Translations under genes and position numbers: made by a program
In this document: positions 8,403 through 18,589 of the stretch, in pieces
Position numbering within the stretch: position 1 is the stretch's first letter
How the letters are laid out: the number at the start of each line of letters is the position of its first letter
Source of the DNA: a virus
Lineage: Duplodnaviria > Caudoviricetes
Reading direction: 5' to 3' (one strand)
IMG/VR virus record: IMGVR_UViG_3300025038_000008
Span: 1 to 44,395 of that record
Length of the DNA: 44,395 nucleotides
Notes under the pieces: model-generated
What the model was told of the DNA's origin: nothing
Seen by the model: only the letters and a program-made list of their open reading frames with translations
Database searches by the model: none

Positions 8403-8962
8403 CTAGTCTTTCATAAACTCTTTCCAGCCTTTAGCATCCGCTTGCGCCACTCGCATTGCGATAGCCATATCTTTGAGCTGTTGCCGCTTGTCTTTGGCCA
8501 GCGCCTTAGACAACCCCCACCACTCGCCAAACGCCATATCTAAGACATCGTGCTCTCTGAGTCCAAGGCGGTAGAATGGTAGTAAGCTGTCGTACCAAGT
8601 AATGCCAGTTGCGCTCCCAGTTGCTTTAGGGGCGTGAAAATCTGACGCATAAAAAAATCGCCACTGTGGGCGACGACCTCCTGCATGACAGTGAGCATTT
8701 CTAGCGGCTCAAGCTCTCGGTAAAAGCTCGGCGGCTGGTCTGTTAGTACCGAGGCTAGTACGACCGTCTCGTCTGTGTAGCTGCCAATGAGTGCTAGCAG
8801 CTCACTCTCAGGCAGGCCTTTATTTGCTTTTACGATACGCTCAAACTCAGCGACAAAAGGCGTAAAGGCGCGTGTCACCTCGTTCAGGTTTTTTACCTTG
8901 ACGCGCTTGATAGTAATATCGGTATCAGCGACGCGGATTGTATTATCTGTTTTGTCTATCAT
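8403..8962 (-). CDS. Tail assembly chaperone frameshift product (gpGT-like), -1 shift at 8651-8657
   Basis: Minus strand GA T TTT TTT ATG; -1 frame open from the slippery site to TAG at 8403-8405 (YASDFHAP...TWYDSLLPFYRLGLREHDVLDMAFGEWW...EFMKD). Confidence 0.75.
8540..8962 (-). CDS. Tail assembly chaperone (gpG-like)
   Basis: 140 aa upstream of tape measure, with GDFF slippery site. Confidence 0.75.
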   Translation of the reverse strand: MIDKTDNTIRVADTDITIKRVKVKNLNEVTRAFTPFVAEFERIVKANKGLPESELLALIGSYTDETVVLASVLTDQPPSFYRELEPLEMLTVMQEVVAHSGDFFMRQIFTPLKQLGAQLALLGTTAYYHSTALDSESTMS

Positions 8963-9192
8963 ACGTCAATCTCCGTGTATGGTAAATCAGGCGCTTGGCC
9001 GACAATCTCACCATTTCTGATAAATACTTTTGATTGCAGCGCGTAGGCGGCATCAGATTGCACAATCGTATTGCCGCCGCCTTGCATAGTGACGGTATAG
9101 TTTGAGCCTGTACGGTCAATGACGGTTGCTAATTGCTTTGCGCCTTGCTCAGTGACGCCTTTAAATAACGCCCATAAGTTGCCGCTTGCCAT
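8959..9192 (-). CDS. Small putative tail protein
   Basis: 77 aa, beta-rich, overlapping start/stop with neighbours in the tail operon. Confidence 0.65.
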   Translation of the reverse strand: MASGNLWALFKGVTEQGAKQLATVIDRTGSNYTVTMQGGGNTIVQSDAAYALQSKVFIRNGEIVGQAPDLPYTEIDV

Positions 9193-11486
9193 TACACAAT
9201 CTCCTTATCAAAATGACGCTCAACATCAATGCTTTGGTCAATCTCTAACGCTCGATTGCTCGATAGACGACCGGTGATTGTCGTACCTCTGACCATACCC
9301 ACCCATTGCTCGCCATCATTAACACCAATCAAAGTAGATGGTTTTAACACGCCTATATCAGCGATTAGTGGCATTGAGATACCGATGTTACCAATATCGC
9401 CCGTGTCGCTCAATATCGCCTCGCCACGACTGATAGCGGCGGCTGTGTCGGTCATTAAGTCGCTTGTGACCATAGGCGGCTGATAGCCTCCGCTTGTACC
9501 TGCGCGCTTAATCAGTGCGTGTATGCCATTGTCATTCTCACCGTACAGATTAACCCCATTATAGGCGGGTTTATTGACACGACCGCGGCTGCGGCTTGTG
9601 ATTAACGACATGGGTAGCTCGATGCTCGGTGTCTGCGCTGCCCACTCCCATGACGGTACTGGGTATTGCGCTAATACGTGCAATATATCCTCGCTCATGT
9701 CAGCATTGATAAAGCCGCCTGCTGCCTCAGCTATCCACTGCAAGCTATTGATAGGCGTGCGATTTGAGTAGCTGTAAGTATTGGCCGGCACATTCCAACC
9801 GTTGACCCCTGCTAGCTGCCAATCCAATGTAAAGCCTGACGGTACGCCATTGCGATTAAGCTCGGCTTCCGCTATCTGACGTGCTGACATAGCCGTATCA
9901 AATTTAAAGCCGCGATGGGTAGCGTATGGGTGCGCCAACAACATAGCGCGGGATTTGCCTTTGATCGTTAAGCTACTCTCCCCAAACTGGATTGAGTCCT
10001 CGCAACTATCCAAGATAAATCGCCACAGATTGCCGTTACACGTAAAGTCCACGCCTATCTGCTGCTCTAGTGCCGTATCGACTTTTGACAGCTCAGACAG
10101 CGGCACAGTTGCGCTAAATGTCCAGCAATAGCTGTTACTATCAATGCCCACACTAAAGCCTAGCAGCTTAATCTCACGCCCATCATCTGAGCGCACTAAT
10201 GACACACTGTTTGTCACAAATATAACTCCTTTGCCGTATGCGCTATCCTCATCGCCCCTGACTATCAGGCTGATAAGACTTGTAATGTCAAAGCCGTCTG
10301 CGTTATCGAGCGTTATTGTACTGCGCTGCCCCATGTGCATAGGCTGACACATCACAACATCGAGCGGCTTGTCTGTTTCGCTACCGTCCTGCTTTGCAAG
10401 TATGACCGTGCGCCATAGCGCAGGCGGCACATAACCCACTACGTTATATGGTAGTCGTGCAAACTCAGCCAAAGACGATAGTTTGTCAGTGATGAATAAG
10501 CTGTACTCGCTGCTATTGTGACGCATGATTGCATCAAGATAGCTATACTCGCCTTGCAGTTTGCGCTCAGTTTGACGCGCAAGCATGGCCTCAAAGCTGT
10601 ACCAGTTGCTATGGCTTACTTTTTTAGCCGTCTCGTTTTTAAGTTGAGATTTTGTATCGACAAACTTTTGCGACTCATAAAGTTGCTCGCTGTCTGTGCC
10701 GACCAGTTTTGATTGCTTAGTTAATACTTGCTCGCTAGTCGTCAGCTTGACGTTAGCTTCAAACTCCGCCTGTTTGTCTGTTGATATTAGCTTTGCCGAC
10801 TCTTTGTGATCTGCACCGCTTTGACCAACTAAATTGCCGCTCTCAAAACCGCCTGACTTATCAATGCCTTGCATTTTTGAGTATTGCAAATCGCCAGATA
10901 TATCAAGTGTCGCACCTCTAAACACATTAGGGTCGTAATAACCCTCAATCTCTGAGCTGATAGCTATATCAGCATAGGTGTCAATACTGACGCCCACGAC
11001 AAATTCGGTGACATCGAGCGACAGCTCGGGCGGTACCAAAACCGTGCTGTCTATAGTTAGATGACGTGGCTCTGGTATATCTGCGCCCAGCTCAATATCA
11101 CTACTGACAGCGACCAAACCATCACTAAAGCTGACTAATGCGTCTTTTTCGCTATCGCTTTGAGGTCGGCACAATACAACATCAAGCGGTGGTACACCTG
11201 CACTGTACGGTCTAAGTGTAATCGCAAAAGATAAGGGTGGCGGAAAATAAACCGAGCTGGCATCTACCTCTAAGCTCAACTCACCTATCACTGATACCGT
11301 ACTATCGATAGTAACAGCACTTGCATCAGGCGTTGTAATCGCTAACGACACACCACCGCTGACTACAATACTGCTATCAATACTGACCAGCGGCGGTATG
11401 CACAGCGTAACATCACGTACAGGCACACTACCGCCATGCGCTTGCAGTACAACATCGAGCGTCAAGTCAGGCGGTGTGTAATTCAT
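9192..11486 (-). CDS. Putative tail tip/hub protein with N-terminal degenerate repeats
   Basis: 764 aa in tail operon; repeated PPxL...DVxLCxP units in the N-terminal half. Confidence 0.65.
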   Translation of the reverse strand: MNYTPPDLTLDVVLQAHGGSVPVRDVTLCIPPLVSIDSSIVVSGGVSLAITTPDASAVTIDSTVSVIGELSLEVDASSVYFPPPLSFAITLRPYSAGVPPLDVVLCRPQSDSEKDALVSFSDGLVAVSSDIELGADIPEPRHLTIDSTVLVPPELSLDVTEFVVGVSIDTYADIAISSEIEGYYDPNVFRGATLDISGDLQYSKMQGIDKSGGFESGNLVGQSGADHKESAKLISTDKQAEFEANVKLTTSEQVLTKQSKLVGTDSEQLYESQKFVDTKSQLKNETAKKVSHSNWYSFEAMLARQTERKLQGEYSYLDAIMRHNSSEYSLFITDKLSSLAEFARLPYNVVGYVPPALWRTVILAKQDGSETDKPLDVVMCQPMHMGQRSTITLDNADGFDITSLISLIVRGDEDSAYGKGVIFVTNSVSLVRSDDGREIKLLGFSVGIDSNSYCWTFSATVPLSELSKVDTALEQQIGVDFTCNGNLWRFILDSCEDSIQFGESSLTIKGKSRAMLLAHPYATHRGFKFDTAMSARQIAEAELNRNGVPSGFTLDWQLAGVNGWNVPANTYSYSNRTPINSLQWIAEAAGGFINADMSEDILHVLAQYPVPSWEWAAQTPSIELPMSLITSRSRGRVNKPAYNGVNLYGENDNGIHALIKRAGTSGGYQPPMVTSDLMTDTAAAISRGEAILSDTGDIGNIGISMPLIADIGVLKPSTLIGVNDGEQWVGMVRGTTITGRLSSNRALEIDQSIDVERHFDKEIV

Positions 11487-12394
11487 CGTCCTATCTCGTC
11501 AAGTATGATTGCCACGTCAGGTATTTGGTCGTTAGAATTGGTTAAACCTGTGTTGTATGTAACACCATCTAAGATACCGCCTGTCTCTAGGTGTTTGTGC
11601 GCAACCTGCAGACGTAGCGCATTAGCCGCATCACGAACTGCATCCCCTGTGTTTATCATACCTATGACGTCTGCATAAGTGTCGCCTGATAGTTTTGCAT
11701 ACGCATTACTGACAGCGCGCACCATAAACCCGCCGTCATGCTCTATCGGGGCTAGGTTTTTGATTTCTTGGTTATACGTGTCATCATAACGAGATGGGTT
11801 TGATACCGTCTTGACAACTTCGAGCGGTGCAAACTTACCACGATACACGCTCAGGTACACAATCAAGCGACCTGAGTATGACGTGCTAACTGTAATCGTC
11901 TTACCTGCATCACCTGCTTTTGCAGTGCGGTAGTAGATTGTGCTGCTTTGCGGAGCTGTAGACCCACTACCTGCAAAATCCGAGCTTGCACCTAGCGTCC
12001 AAACACCGTTATTGTTATCAGTTACTGTAACCTCACCACGGCGCATGATGCCCAGCACCAACATGTCACCCTCTTGCACCGTAGCAGGGATAACCGTAGT
12101 CATCGGCGCTACGCTACTGCCACCTCTATCCAAAGAGTTCACTGCACCGATAAAGTCGACAAACTCAGGGTAGGTTATTGCAGGCTCTACATAAGCGCCA
12201 TGAGTGATTGGCTCACAACCGTCCGCAACATACGTTATGCCGATGTTTAAATCAGTATAATATGCATACTTCCAGTTGCCCATCTCATCAGGCTGTACTT
12301 GTGCTATACACTCACCTGTAGGCCAGTTGAATATAGACACGTAGTCAATAGGATTGCCATCGTACTTCTTAGCTTTTCCACGCAACCAAGTCAT
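11483..12394 (-). CDS. Putative tail fibre/receptor-binding protein
   Basis: 303 aa; short adaptor-like N-terminus and beta-rich Ser/Thr/Gly C-terminal domain. Confidence 0.5.
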   Translation of the reverse strand: MTWLRGKAKKYDGNPIDYVSIFNWPTGECIAQVQPDEMGNWKYAYYTDLNIGITYVADGCEPITHGAYVEPAITYPEFVDFIGAVNSLDRGGSSVAPMTTVIPATVQEGDMLVLGIMRRGEVTVTDNNNGVWTLGASSDFAGSGSTAPQSSTIYYRTAKAGDAGKTITVSTSYSGRLIVYLSVYRGKFAPLEVVKTVSNPSRYDDTYNQEIKNLAPIEHDGGFMVRAVSNAYAKLSGDTYADVIGMINTGDAVRDAANALRLQVAHKHLETGGILDGVTYNTGLTNSNDQIPDVAIILDEIGR

Positions 12395-12395
12395 A

Positions 12396-12737
12396 TTAAA
12401 TCCTTACTTTTAGCGACAAGATGCCCACGTAACCACCTTGATAAATCTTATCTTTATTCAATGCGATTTCTGCTGCTGCATAGTCCGCCACAAGATAACC
12501 TGCTGAGTTTAGCAGCTTTGCCGATGTCGGCACGCCTGACGCTACAGCGATAGCCTCAGGCGGCGTCTTAAATGTCAATACACCGGCCGTTATGTCAAGT
12601 TCGACGGGGTTTGTCAGTGTTAGCTCTACCGCTAGTGTTGTATCAACATAGATGGACAGCGTGGAGTTAGCACCCTCATTTAGAGTATCGGCCAAGCCTT
12701 GCAGCATAGCGTTTTTAGCCATATCACTTAATTGCAT
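12396..12737 (-). CDS. Putative virion structural protein
   Basis: 113 aa translationally coupled within the tail operon. Confidence 0.6.
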   Translation of the reverse strand: MQLSDMAKNAMLQGLADTLNEGANSTLSIYVDTTLAVELTLTNPVELDITAGVLTFKTPPEAIAVASGVPTSAKLLNSAGYLVADYAAAEIALNKDKIYQGGYVGILSLKVRI

Positions 12738-15700
12738 TACTCACCCCTATCTCTGTCAATATTGGCATGATAACCGATAGTAAAATCGTAATTATCTTTA
12801 CTACTGCCTTGATGCTGCTGGATTGCATTGCCTATCCACACCGGATATTTAGCAGCCAGCGTGTTAAATCGCACCACGTTGTTAGCCGACCAGCCGCTGC
12901 CCCACGCCTCAGCAGGTATCGTAAAATACGGGTAGCCTGTCATCGGGTTAATCGGGCTTGTTGTGCTAATTGTCGTACCTGCACCAATCTCGCCGATAGT
13001 CTCACCGATGATTTTAAAATCCGCATAAGGTGGCGATGAGCTAGTATTCACGTTAGTGATTACCAGTGCCCAGCGCTCCTCGATTGCATCACGGTTAGTG
13101 ACGACAATCGGATTGTTAGTCACTTGCAGCTGCGCCGACGCTCTATCACCGATTAGCGTGTCGCTAAACACGCCGCCCCATGATTTTTGACTAAAGACAT
13201 TTTGTGCCAACGCCTGCATATCGCCAGCAAGTAGCATCGAGCTAAACACGGCATCGGTGCTGTAGTCATGCGTGATAGGTGTTGATAGCGTCACACGTCC
13301 TGATATATCAGTCTCAATGACTAGCGCAATATCCATGATGCGGTATTTTGCAGTCAGTGGCGCGGTATAAAACGACATATCAAACATACCGTTAAGTGTC
13401 AGCGTACCTGCATCCAAATCAATATCGAGATAATCGGTGTTGACTTTAACGCCCAAACTGTCCACGACTGATACATCAGACAAACGCTCAAAGCCCAAGT
13501 CAAACGTGTCGTTAGGCGCGTTTGTCGCTAAATCCATCGTTTTAAGCTCAGTAATTGCAATACTGTCACCTTTGCGTACAAATGGCACACGACCATCTGT
13601 CGGCAAGCGCACTGGATCAAGGCCAATAAGCTCTTTATCAAGTGGTAAGTAACTATAAGCAATCGCGTTGTAACGTATGCTGTCCGGTTTGACATACTGA
13701 GGACGGTTGAAGTAGTTTGCCCCGCCCTCGTCATAGACGTACTCTGCGCTATACCATGGCTCATTGACCACATCGGGATTGTCGCTGACCTTTAATTTTT
13801 CATAAAAGTACAGCGCCACCACACCTGCCTTAAAATCCACCTCGCCATGAGCAAAGCTATGACCTGTGATAGCGCCCTGCTCGTCCGTTGATAACGAGAT
13901 GGGCGTACCATCTGCAAGCTCAGCACTGATTTGTAGCGATGCCTTTTTTAGCGGTGCCACTGGCGTTCTAAAAATCAGATTAGCAAGCGGTACGGGATCA
14001 TTTTCGCGTAGCATTGACTTGAGGGTAGCAGTGTTTTGCTGCCCTGCTTGCCATGTTGTCAGCTCAATAACACCTGACTGGATGTTTATGTTACCTACAA
14101 CATCATCGCCGTTTTTTACCTTGCCGTTATCATCACGTAAGCTCTGACCAAGCGCATCGACAAACACCGAGCCGCTGACGACCGGCGTGTCTGATGCTAC
14201 TGGCGGTGCTATCCATAGCTTGTCAGCAGTCATGTCAAAAGTGGCTGACTCAGTTGACGCGCCTAGTGTTGCTATGCCTGTCACTTGCGCTGTCTCAATA
14301 AACAACGACTCATCAACGTCACTGGTTGAAAATACCGGCTTTTTGTTAATACCGCCCACCATAACCACATCAGTAACTTTCTTTTTGCGCGTTACTTTGA
14401 TTACAAAATCAATTTTGCCAGTTGATTTATTAACGCTGCTACTCACTAGCACTGGTGTCCAATCGTTAGCACTACTGCTAGAGTAAGGCATCCAAGATAG
14501 CTTAGTCTCTATCGTTGTCATATTGCCTGAGTATTGCTGCGCCTGCTGGTAAGACGGATAAAATACGCCTTTTACAAACAAGCTGTTGTTGTTATCCGCG
14601 ATACTTAAAACAACCATCACTTGCGGCTGACGCTGATCGCTAAGCGCGACTTGTAAATCTACGCCCTCGATAGCGTCCGCAATATCAATACTGCCAGTAA
14701 ATACGCCATCTGAGCTTTGCGGTGAGTGACTAGCATTGATAGCCGTGGTCATCGAGTCTAAGACTTTGTTATAAGTCACAGTAAACACAGTATCTTTAGC
14801 GACTGTCTCGTTGGGTACGATATGTAGTTCTCTACCCTCAAACGTGCCCGTAGCGTCACCCGTGATGACACCATCGCTCACTGTTGCTGTTTTATCAGCA
14901 CCCCATGTGATAGTAATATCACCGACCACCTCGTCCTCAATAATGGCCGCATGATAGGCAGGTGCCAGTGCTTGCTCGCCATACTTAACTGTGTCTAAAT
15001 CCACGCCAAAACTATAGATGATATAACTTGCAGCATCAGGGATTGCAGCAGTCGTGAGTAGTACCGTTTTGCCCTGTACTGTACCGCGCCCGTTGCCATC
15101 ATCATCGATCAGGTTGCCGCGCCCATCATCGTGTACTAAGTAATTATTACCCTGCACTGTATAAGTGATTTTAAGACTGTTTGGCACTGGCTCAGCGCCC
15201 AGCTCGCGCACATAGTTATAACCTGCGTTATCATCGACAACTTGATAGTCAGTCTGCGCTACTCGCGTAAACTCTGATGCAGGTTTGTAGCTGCCTGTGA
15301 TTGCGTGCTGGCCGCTCGGTGCGTTGTCGTACCATGTAATTTGGCCGACACCGTATCTGATAGACGCATAAGCCACACCTTGACTGTTTATCAGCTCGCC
15401 GTCACGGTCAGTCAGTGTCAGTCCACCTACCGATATACTAAGCGTGCCCACAGCGATGCCTGACGGTAAACTAAGCGCCGTATTAGTCGCAACATTAACC
15501 GATTGATTAATTGTAATCACGCCATCGCCACGCGCTTGAGTAGCTACTTGATTAGTAGGGTCACGTTGCAAAATAGGCGTTTCAACCTGAGTTGATGGCA
15601 CAACCTGCGTATAGATGCTATTTAGTCGCACCTGACGACTCTGCATAGCTACGACTGGCTCAGCGAGCTTACTAGCACTGTAGTATTTAGCAGCATCAGC

Positions 15701-16381
15701 AATACGGGCTTCACGCAATATAGCGCGGCGGCTTGTGCTAGCGTTTTGGTAAAACTCTTGAACAGTCAGACCGTTAAATGTTTTGTTTAGCGTATCGCCA
15801 AACTCAATAGTCGCAATGGTACGCACCACAGTCGTGTCTGCATTGCGCTGAAAACGACGCTCGGTCGTCTCAACTTTTAGCGGACGGATATACTGATAAT
15901 ACTCGTCAGACTGTCCTTCATTTTGCACTAAAACTAACGGCTGGCTGACAGACGGTATCGGGTCGCCTTTGTCTAGTGAGATTTGGACCACGCGCTGACC
16001 TGCGAGCTGTGTCTCTAGCAAGTGCCCTGCCCATTTGCTGCCAAACGCTAGATAGCTCTCGATTTTGTTTTGAGCATCTGAGCGTCTGTCTGCAAAATCA
16101 GTGGCTTTAAACGCAAACACGCTGATATTTTCGTTATCCGGTAGCTCAGTGAATAGCATACGTGTCGCTTGCAATAGCTCAGCATTGGCCGTCTTAACTG
16201 CGAGCGATACTTTACGCAGGCGCACACGGCCAAGTAAGCGGTCAATATCTGACACATCGGGGAATAGGTTATTCGACACGCCATCGACTACCGCTTCGGC
16301 TGTTGGCAGACCGCCGCCCTCGTCTGTGTCATTCATTACCTCAGATTTGAGGATTTCTAAATCGTTTTGAGTAATTGCCAT
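12737..16381 (-). CDS. Large tail tip/central fibre-like protein
   Basis: ~1214 aa, beta-rich; N-terminal GGGLPT...VSNNLFPDVS motif typical of proteobacterial siphophage tail proteins. Confidence 0.7.
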   Translation of the reverse strand: MAITQNDLEILKSEVMNDTDEGGGLPTAEAVVDGVSNNLFPDVSDIDRLLGRVRLRKVSLAVKTANAELLQATRMLFTELPDNENISVFAFKATDFADRRSDAQNKIESYLAFGSKWAGHLLETQLAGQRVVQISLDKGDPIPSVSQPLVLVQNEGQSDEYYQYIRPLKVETTERRFQRNADTTVVRTIATIEFGDTLNKTFNGLTVQEFYQNASTSRRAILREARIADAAKYYSASKLAEPVVAMQSRQVRLNSIYTQVVPSTQVETPILQRDPTNQVATQARGDGVITINQSVNVATNTALSLPSGIAVGTLSISVGGLTLTDRDGELINSQGVAYASIRYGVGQITWYDNAPSGQHAITGSYKPASEFTRVAQTDYQVVDDNAGYNYVRELGAEPVPNSLKITYTVQGNNYLVHDDGRGNLIDDDGNGRGTVQGKTVLLTTAAIPDAASYIIYSFGVDLDTVKYGEQALAPAYHAAIIEDEVVGDITITWGADKTATVSDGVITGDATGTFEGRELHIVPNETVAKDTVFTVTYNKVLDSMTTAINASHSPQSSDGVFTGSIDIADAIEGVDLQVALSDQRQPQVMVVLSIADNNNSLFVKGVFYPSYQQAQQYSGNMTTIETKLSWMPYSSSSANDWTPVLVSSSVNKSTGKIDFVIKVTRKKKVTDVVMVGGINKKPVFSTSDVDESLFIETAQVTGIATLGASTESATFDMTADKLWIAPPVASDTPVVSGSVFVDALGQSLRDDNGKVKNGDDVVGNINIQSGVIELTTWQAGQQNTATLKSMLRENDPVPLANLIFRTPVAPLKKASLQISAELADGTPISLSTDEQGAITGHSFAHGEVDFKAGVVALYFYEKLKVSDNPDVVNEPWYSAEYVYDEGGANYFNRPQYVKPDSIRYNAIAYSYLPLDKELIGLDPVRLPTDGRVPFVRKGDSIAITELKTMDLATNAPNDTFDLGFERLSDVSVVDSLGVKVNTDYLDIDLDAGTLTLNGMFDMSFYTAPLTAKYRIMDIALVIETDISGRVTLSTPITHDYSTDAVFSSMLLAGDMQALAQNVFSQKSWGGVFSDTLIGDRASAQLQVTNNPIVVTNRDAIEERWALVITNVNTSSSPPYADFKIIGETIGEIGAGTTISTTSPINPMTGYPYFTIPAEAWGSGWSANNVVRFNTLAAKYPVWIGNAIQQHQGSSKDNYDFTIGYHANIDRDRGE

Positions 16382-16408
16382 GTCGTCATCCGTCAAATTT
16401 TAGGCATT

Positions 16409-16431
16409 AAAAAAGCCCTGAATATAGGGCT
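16409..16431 (-). terminator. Intrinsic terminator
   Basis: Minus strand AGCCCT-ATATTC-AGGGCT followed by a T-tract. Confidence 0.75.
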
Positions 16432-16446
16432 AAATAAATATCAGAT

Positions 16447-16884
16447 TTACACGCTCGGTATCTCTAAAAATCTAAGCGTTACGTTATAGTAGTCGGTCAG
16501 CTCTGGGCTTGTGCTGCCTTTGATCGGTTTGGCCTCAATCGCCTCCGCTGTCGTGTCAAACATGACCTTGACGCGCTTAACTGCCCCATCTGCTAGATAA
16601 TCCAGCCAAAATGTAGCGCCCAGCTTGTCACGCTCAGATTTGAGCGCATTAACTGTAGCTCGTGATAGTACGCCATGACCGGCAGGTGCTTGCATCACGT
16701 ATGGTCTGCCAGCTTTACGCTCTGATTGCTCGACTATCATTGTGCCATCGAGCGCGTACTTAGTATTTGATACGATAGCCGACCAATCGTGCTCACCCTC
16801 CGGATAAAGACTGTCTGATAAGACGATAACCTCATTGGTCGCTGTATTTGTCAGCTTGGTTTGTGTATTAGTACGCATAATCAA
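16447..16884 (-). CDS. Putative distal tail (minor tail) protein
   Basis: 145 aa with ALDGTMIVEQSERKAGRP motif seen in siphophage minor tail proteins. Confidence 0.6.
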   Translation of the reverse strand: MIMRTNTQTKLTNTATNEVIVLSDSLYPEGEHDWSAIVSNTKYALDGTMIVEQSERKAGRPYVMQAPAGHGVLSRATVNALKSERDKLGATFWLDYLADGAVKRVKVMFDTTAEAIEAKPIKGSTSPELTDYYNVTLRFLEIPSV

Positions 16885-16968
16885 CCCTTTTTATTTGAGT
16901 AAGCAACCGCCTAGCAGTCGCTTAATTAAATAAAAATAGGTCGGCTGCATTTCCAACCGACCCATAAA

Positions 16969-17712
16969 CTATAGCTTCACAATTTCATACGTCGCTTCTT
17001 CGGCTTCGTCGTACAGCAAATCAGCTTCAAGCGTCATTTCGCTAAAGTCGTCATTGATTAAATCGAGTGTATCAGCAGGTGACAACTTGGCACGGTATGC
17101 TGTAACGACTTGTTTATCTTTTTGACCAACCTTGTTTAGGCCGTCGATACGGATGCGGTAATAATCAACATCGTCAGTCATTGGCTTCATGACTGTAGCA
17201 GTGCCGTAGCTGTAAGCGACTTTGATCGGCGATGTGATGGTCTGTACGTGCGTCATTTCGATGGTGCCGTACTGCTCATCAACTGTATAGTCTGTGCCCT
17301 CAATTAAACTAAGCGGCGTGTCTGTACTATCGGTAATCACTACATCGCTGACATTTTTATGTTTTAAGAAAACAATATCACCGACCTCATCGACGGTATG
17401 CTCTTCTGCTGTTACCGTGCCAGTAGCGACTTCGGTAACGGTCGCTTGCAGTGCTGCTTGCATGGCTGCTTGACGGCGCTCATTTAGCGTAATGCTAAAC
17501 GTGGTAGCTTTATCGCCGTCAAGTTTATCCCATGTTTGATTTTTGCCTGAGTGGTACTCTTTTAGCTCGCTCTCGTTTTCGACTGAGTGCGAGAATGATG
17601 CAGCATTAGCGACACCGACCCAAAAGGGCTTACCCTCTACGCCGCCTTTGACTGGCGTAAAATACACTTTGCCGTTGCCAACAAAAGCGTGTGATTGTTG
17701 TTTATCTGCCAT
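16969..17712 (-). CDS. Major tail tube protein
   Basis: 247 aa, acidic, FVGNGKVY N-terminus, follows tail-completion gene. Confidence 0.75.
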   Translation of the reverse strand: MADKQQSHAFVGNGKVYFTPVKGGVEGKPFWVGVANAASFSHSVENESELKEYHSGKNQTWDKLDGDKATTFSITLNERRQAAMQAALQATVTEVATGTVTAEEHTVDEVGDIVFLKHKNVSDVVITDSTDTPLSLIEGTDYTVDEQYGTIEMTHVQTITSPIKVAYSYGTATVMKPMTDDVDYYRIRIDGLNKVGQKDKQVVTAYRAKLSPADTLDLINDDFSEMTLEADLLYDEAEEATYEIVKL

Positions 17713-17724
17713 GATTAAGGTCTC

Positions 17725-18147
17725 CTATGGCGTAATAGTGGTTTGAAAGGTGAGTGGATATAGTGCAAACGTACTAAAGTAATCAGGCCGTCCGCTTGTA
17801 GTGGTGCGCTCTAGTGCATCGTGATAGTCGTCAAGTTGATAACCCTGCACATGATTGATAACTTTGCTCACAAGCTCGCCCGATGACTCCATAAGCGCCT
17901 TAACGTCATCTTGTGCTGCCTGATTACTAACAGCGACAACAACCGTCCACTGCTGTACGTCACGACTGTCTATCGAGCCGTTAGCGTTTGGATTGTTACC
18001 TGTGTTAATAACGTAAAGCGCAGGTGTGACGTTTTTATTGATCTTGTTGATACTAGCGACCGTACCAACGTGCTTAACACCCCACTTATTAGCCTTCGCT
18101 TCTAAATGCTCGATTAGGCCAAGACCTACTGCAAAATAATTACTCAT
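17725..18147 (-). CDS. Tail terminator/completion protein (Mu gp37-like)
   Basis: 140 aa, TPALYV...QQWTVVVAV pattern, position between neck and tube genes. Confidence 0.65.
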   Translation of the reverse strand: MSNYFAVGLGLIEHLEAKANKWGVKHVGTVASINKINKNVTPALYVINTGNNPNANGSIDSRDVQQWTVVVAVSNQAAQDDVKALMESSGELVSKVINHVQGYQLDDYHDALERTTTSGRPDYFSTFALYPLTFQTTITP

Positions 18148-18581
18148 AAGTCCACGTCCATAATTCGATTAATGATGTTAAGCACACTGGCTCTGTCGTC
18201 GTCATTCATGCCCATGTATGGCCTAGCGGGTATATCGCCCCACAGGTGAGGGAATAGCGCCTTTTTGCCACCGTAGTGCATCATGCGAGCGTAGATAACG
18301 TTTGTGCCCCACTTGACGCCATCAGGTAGCGCCACATAGGTCAGTGATGCCATCAGTCGGCCAGTATCGCGCAACGTTTTACCGTTATCTCTGATAGCCC
18401 TTTGCGATGGCAACCACGGTTGACGCCCTAAGTCGTGCTGATTGTAAAAGCGCTCCTCAGTCTGATAGACCATCTCGCTACCAGCCATACGGCTAAACTT
18501 CTGCATTTTTTGATTATCAAAATGCAAATCACCTAGCCGTCTGACTACCTCGTCACCGCCTGATAAGTTTGCGTCAATCAT
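18144..18581 (-). CDS. Phage virion morphogenesis protein (Mu gpG/P2 gpS-like)
   Basis: LRDTGRLMASL...GTNVIYARMMHYGG...IPARPYMG motifs. Confidence 0.85.
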   Translation of the reverse strand: MIDANLSGGDEVVRRLGDLHFDNQKMQKFSRMAGSEMVYQTEERFYNQHDLGRQPWLPSQRAIRDNGKTLRDTGRLMASLTYVALPDGVKWGTNVIYARMMHYGGKKALFPHLWGDIPARPYMGMNDDDRASVLNIINRIMDVDL

Positions 18582-18589
18582 GGTTTACC

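Noticed and set aside
9192-12394. Diversity-generating retroelement or shufflon acting on tail fibres
   Set aside because: No reverse transcriptase, template repeat or invertase seen in the window
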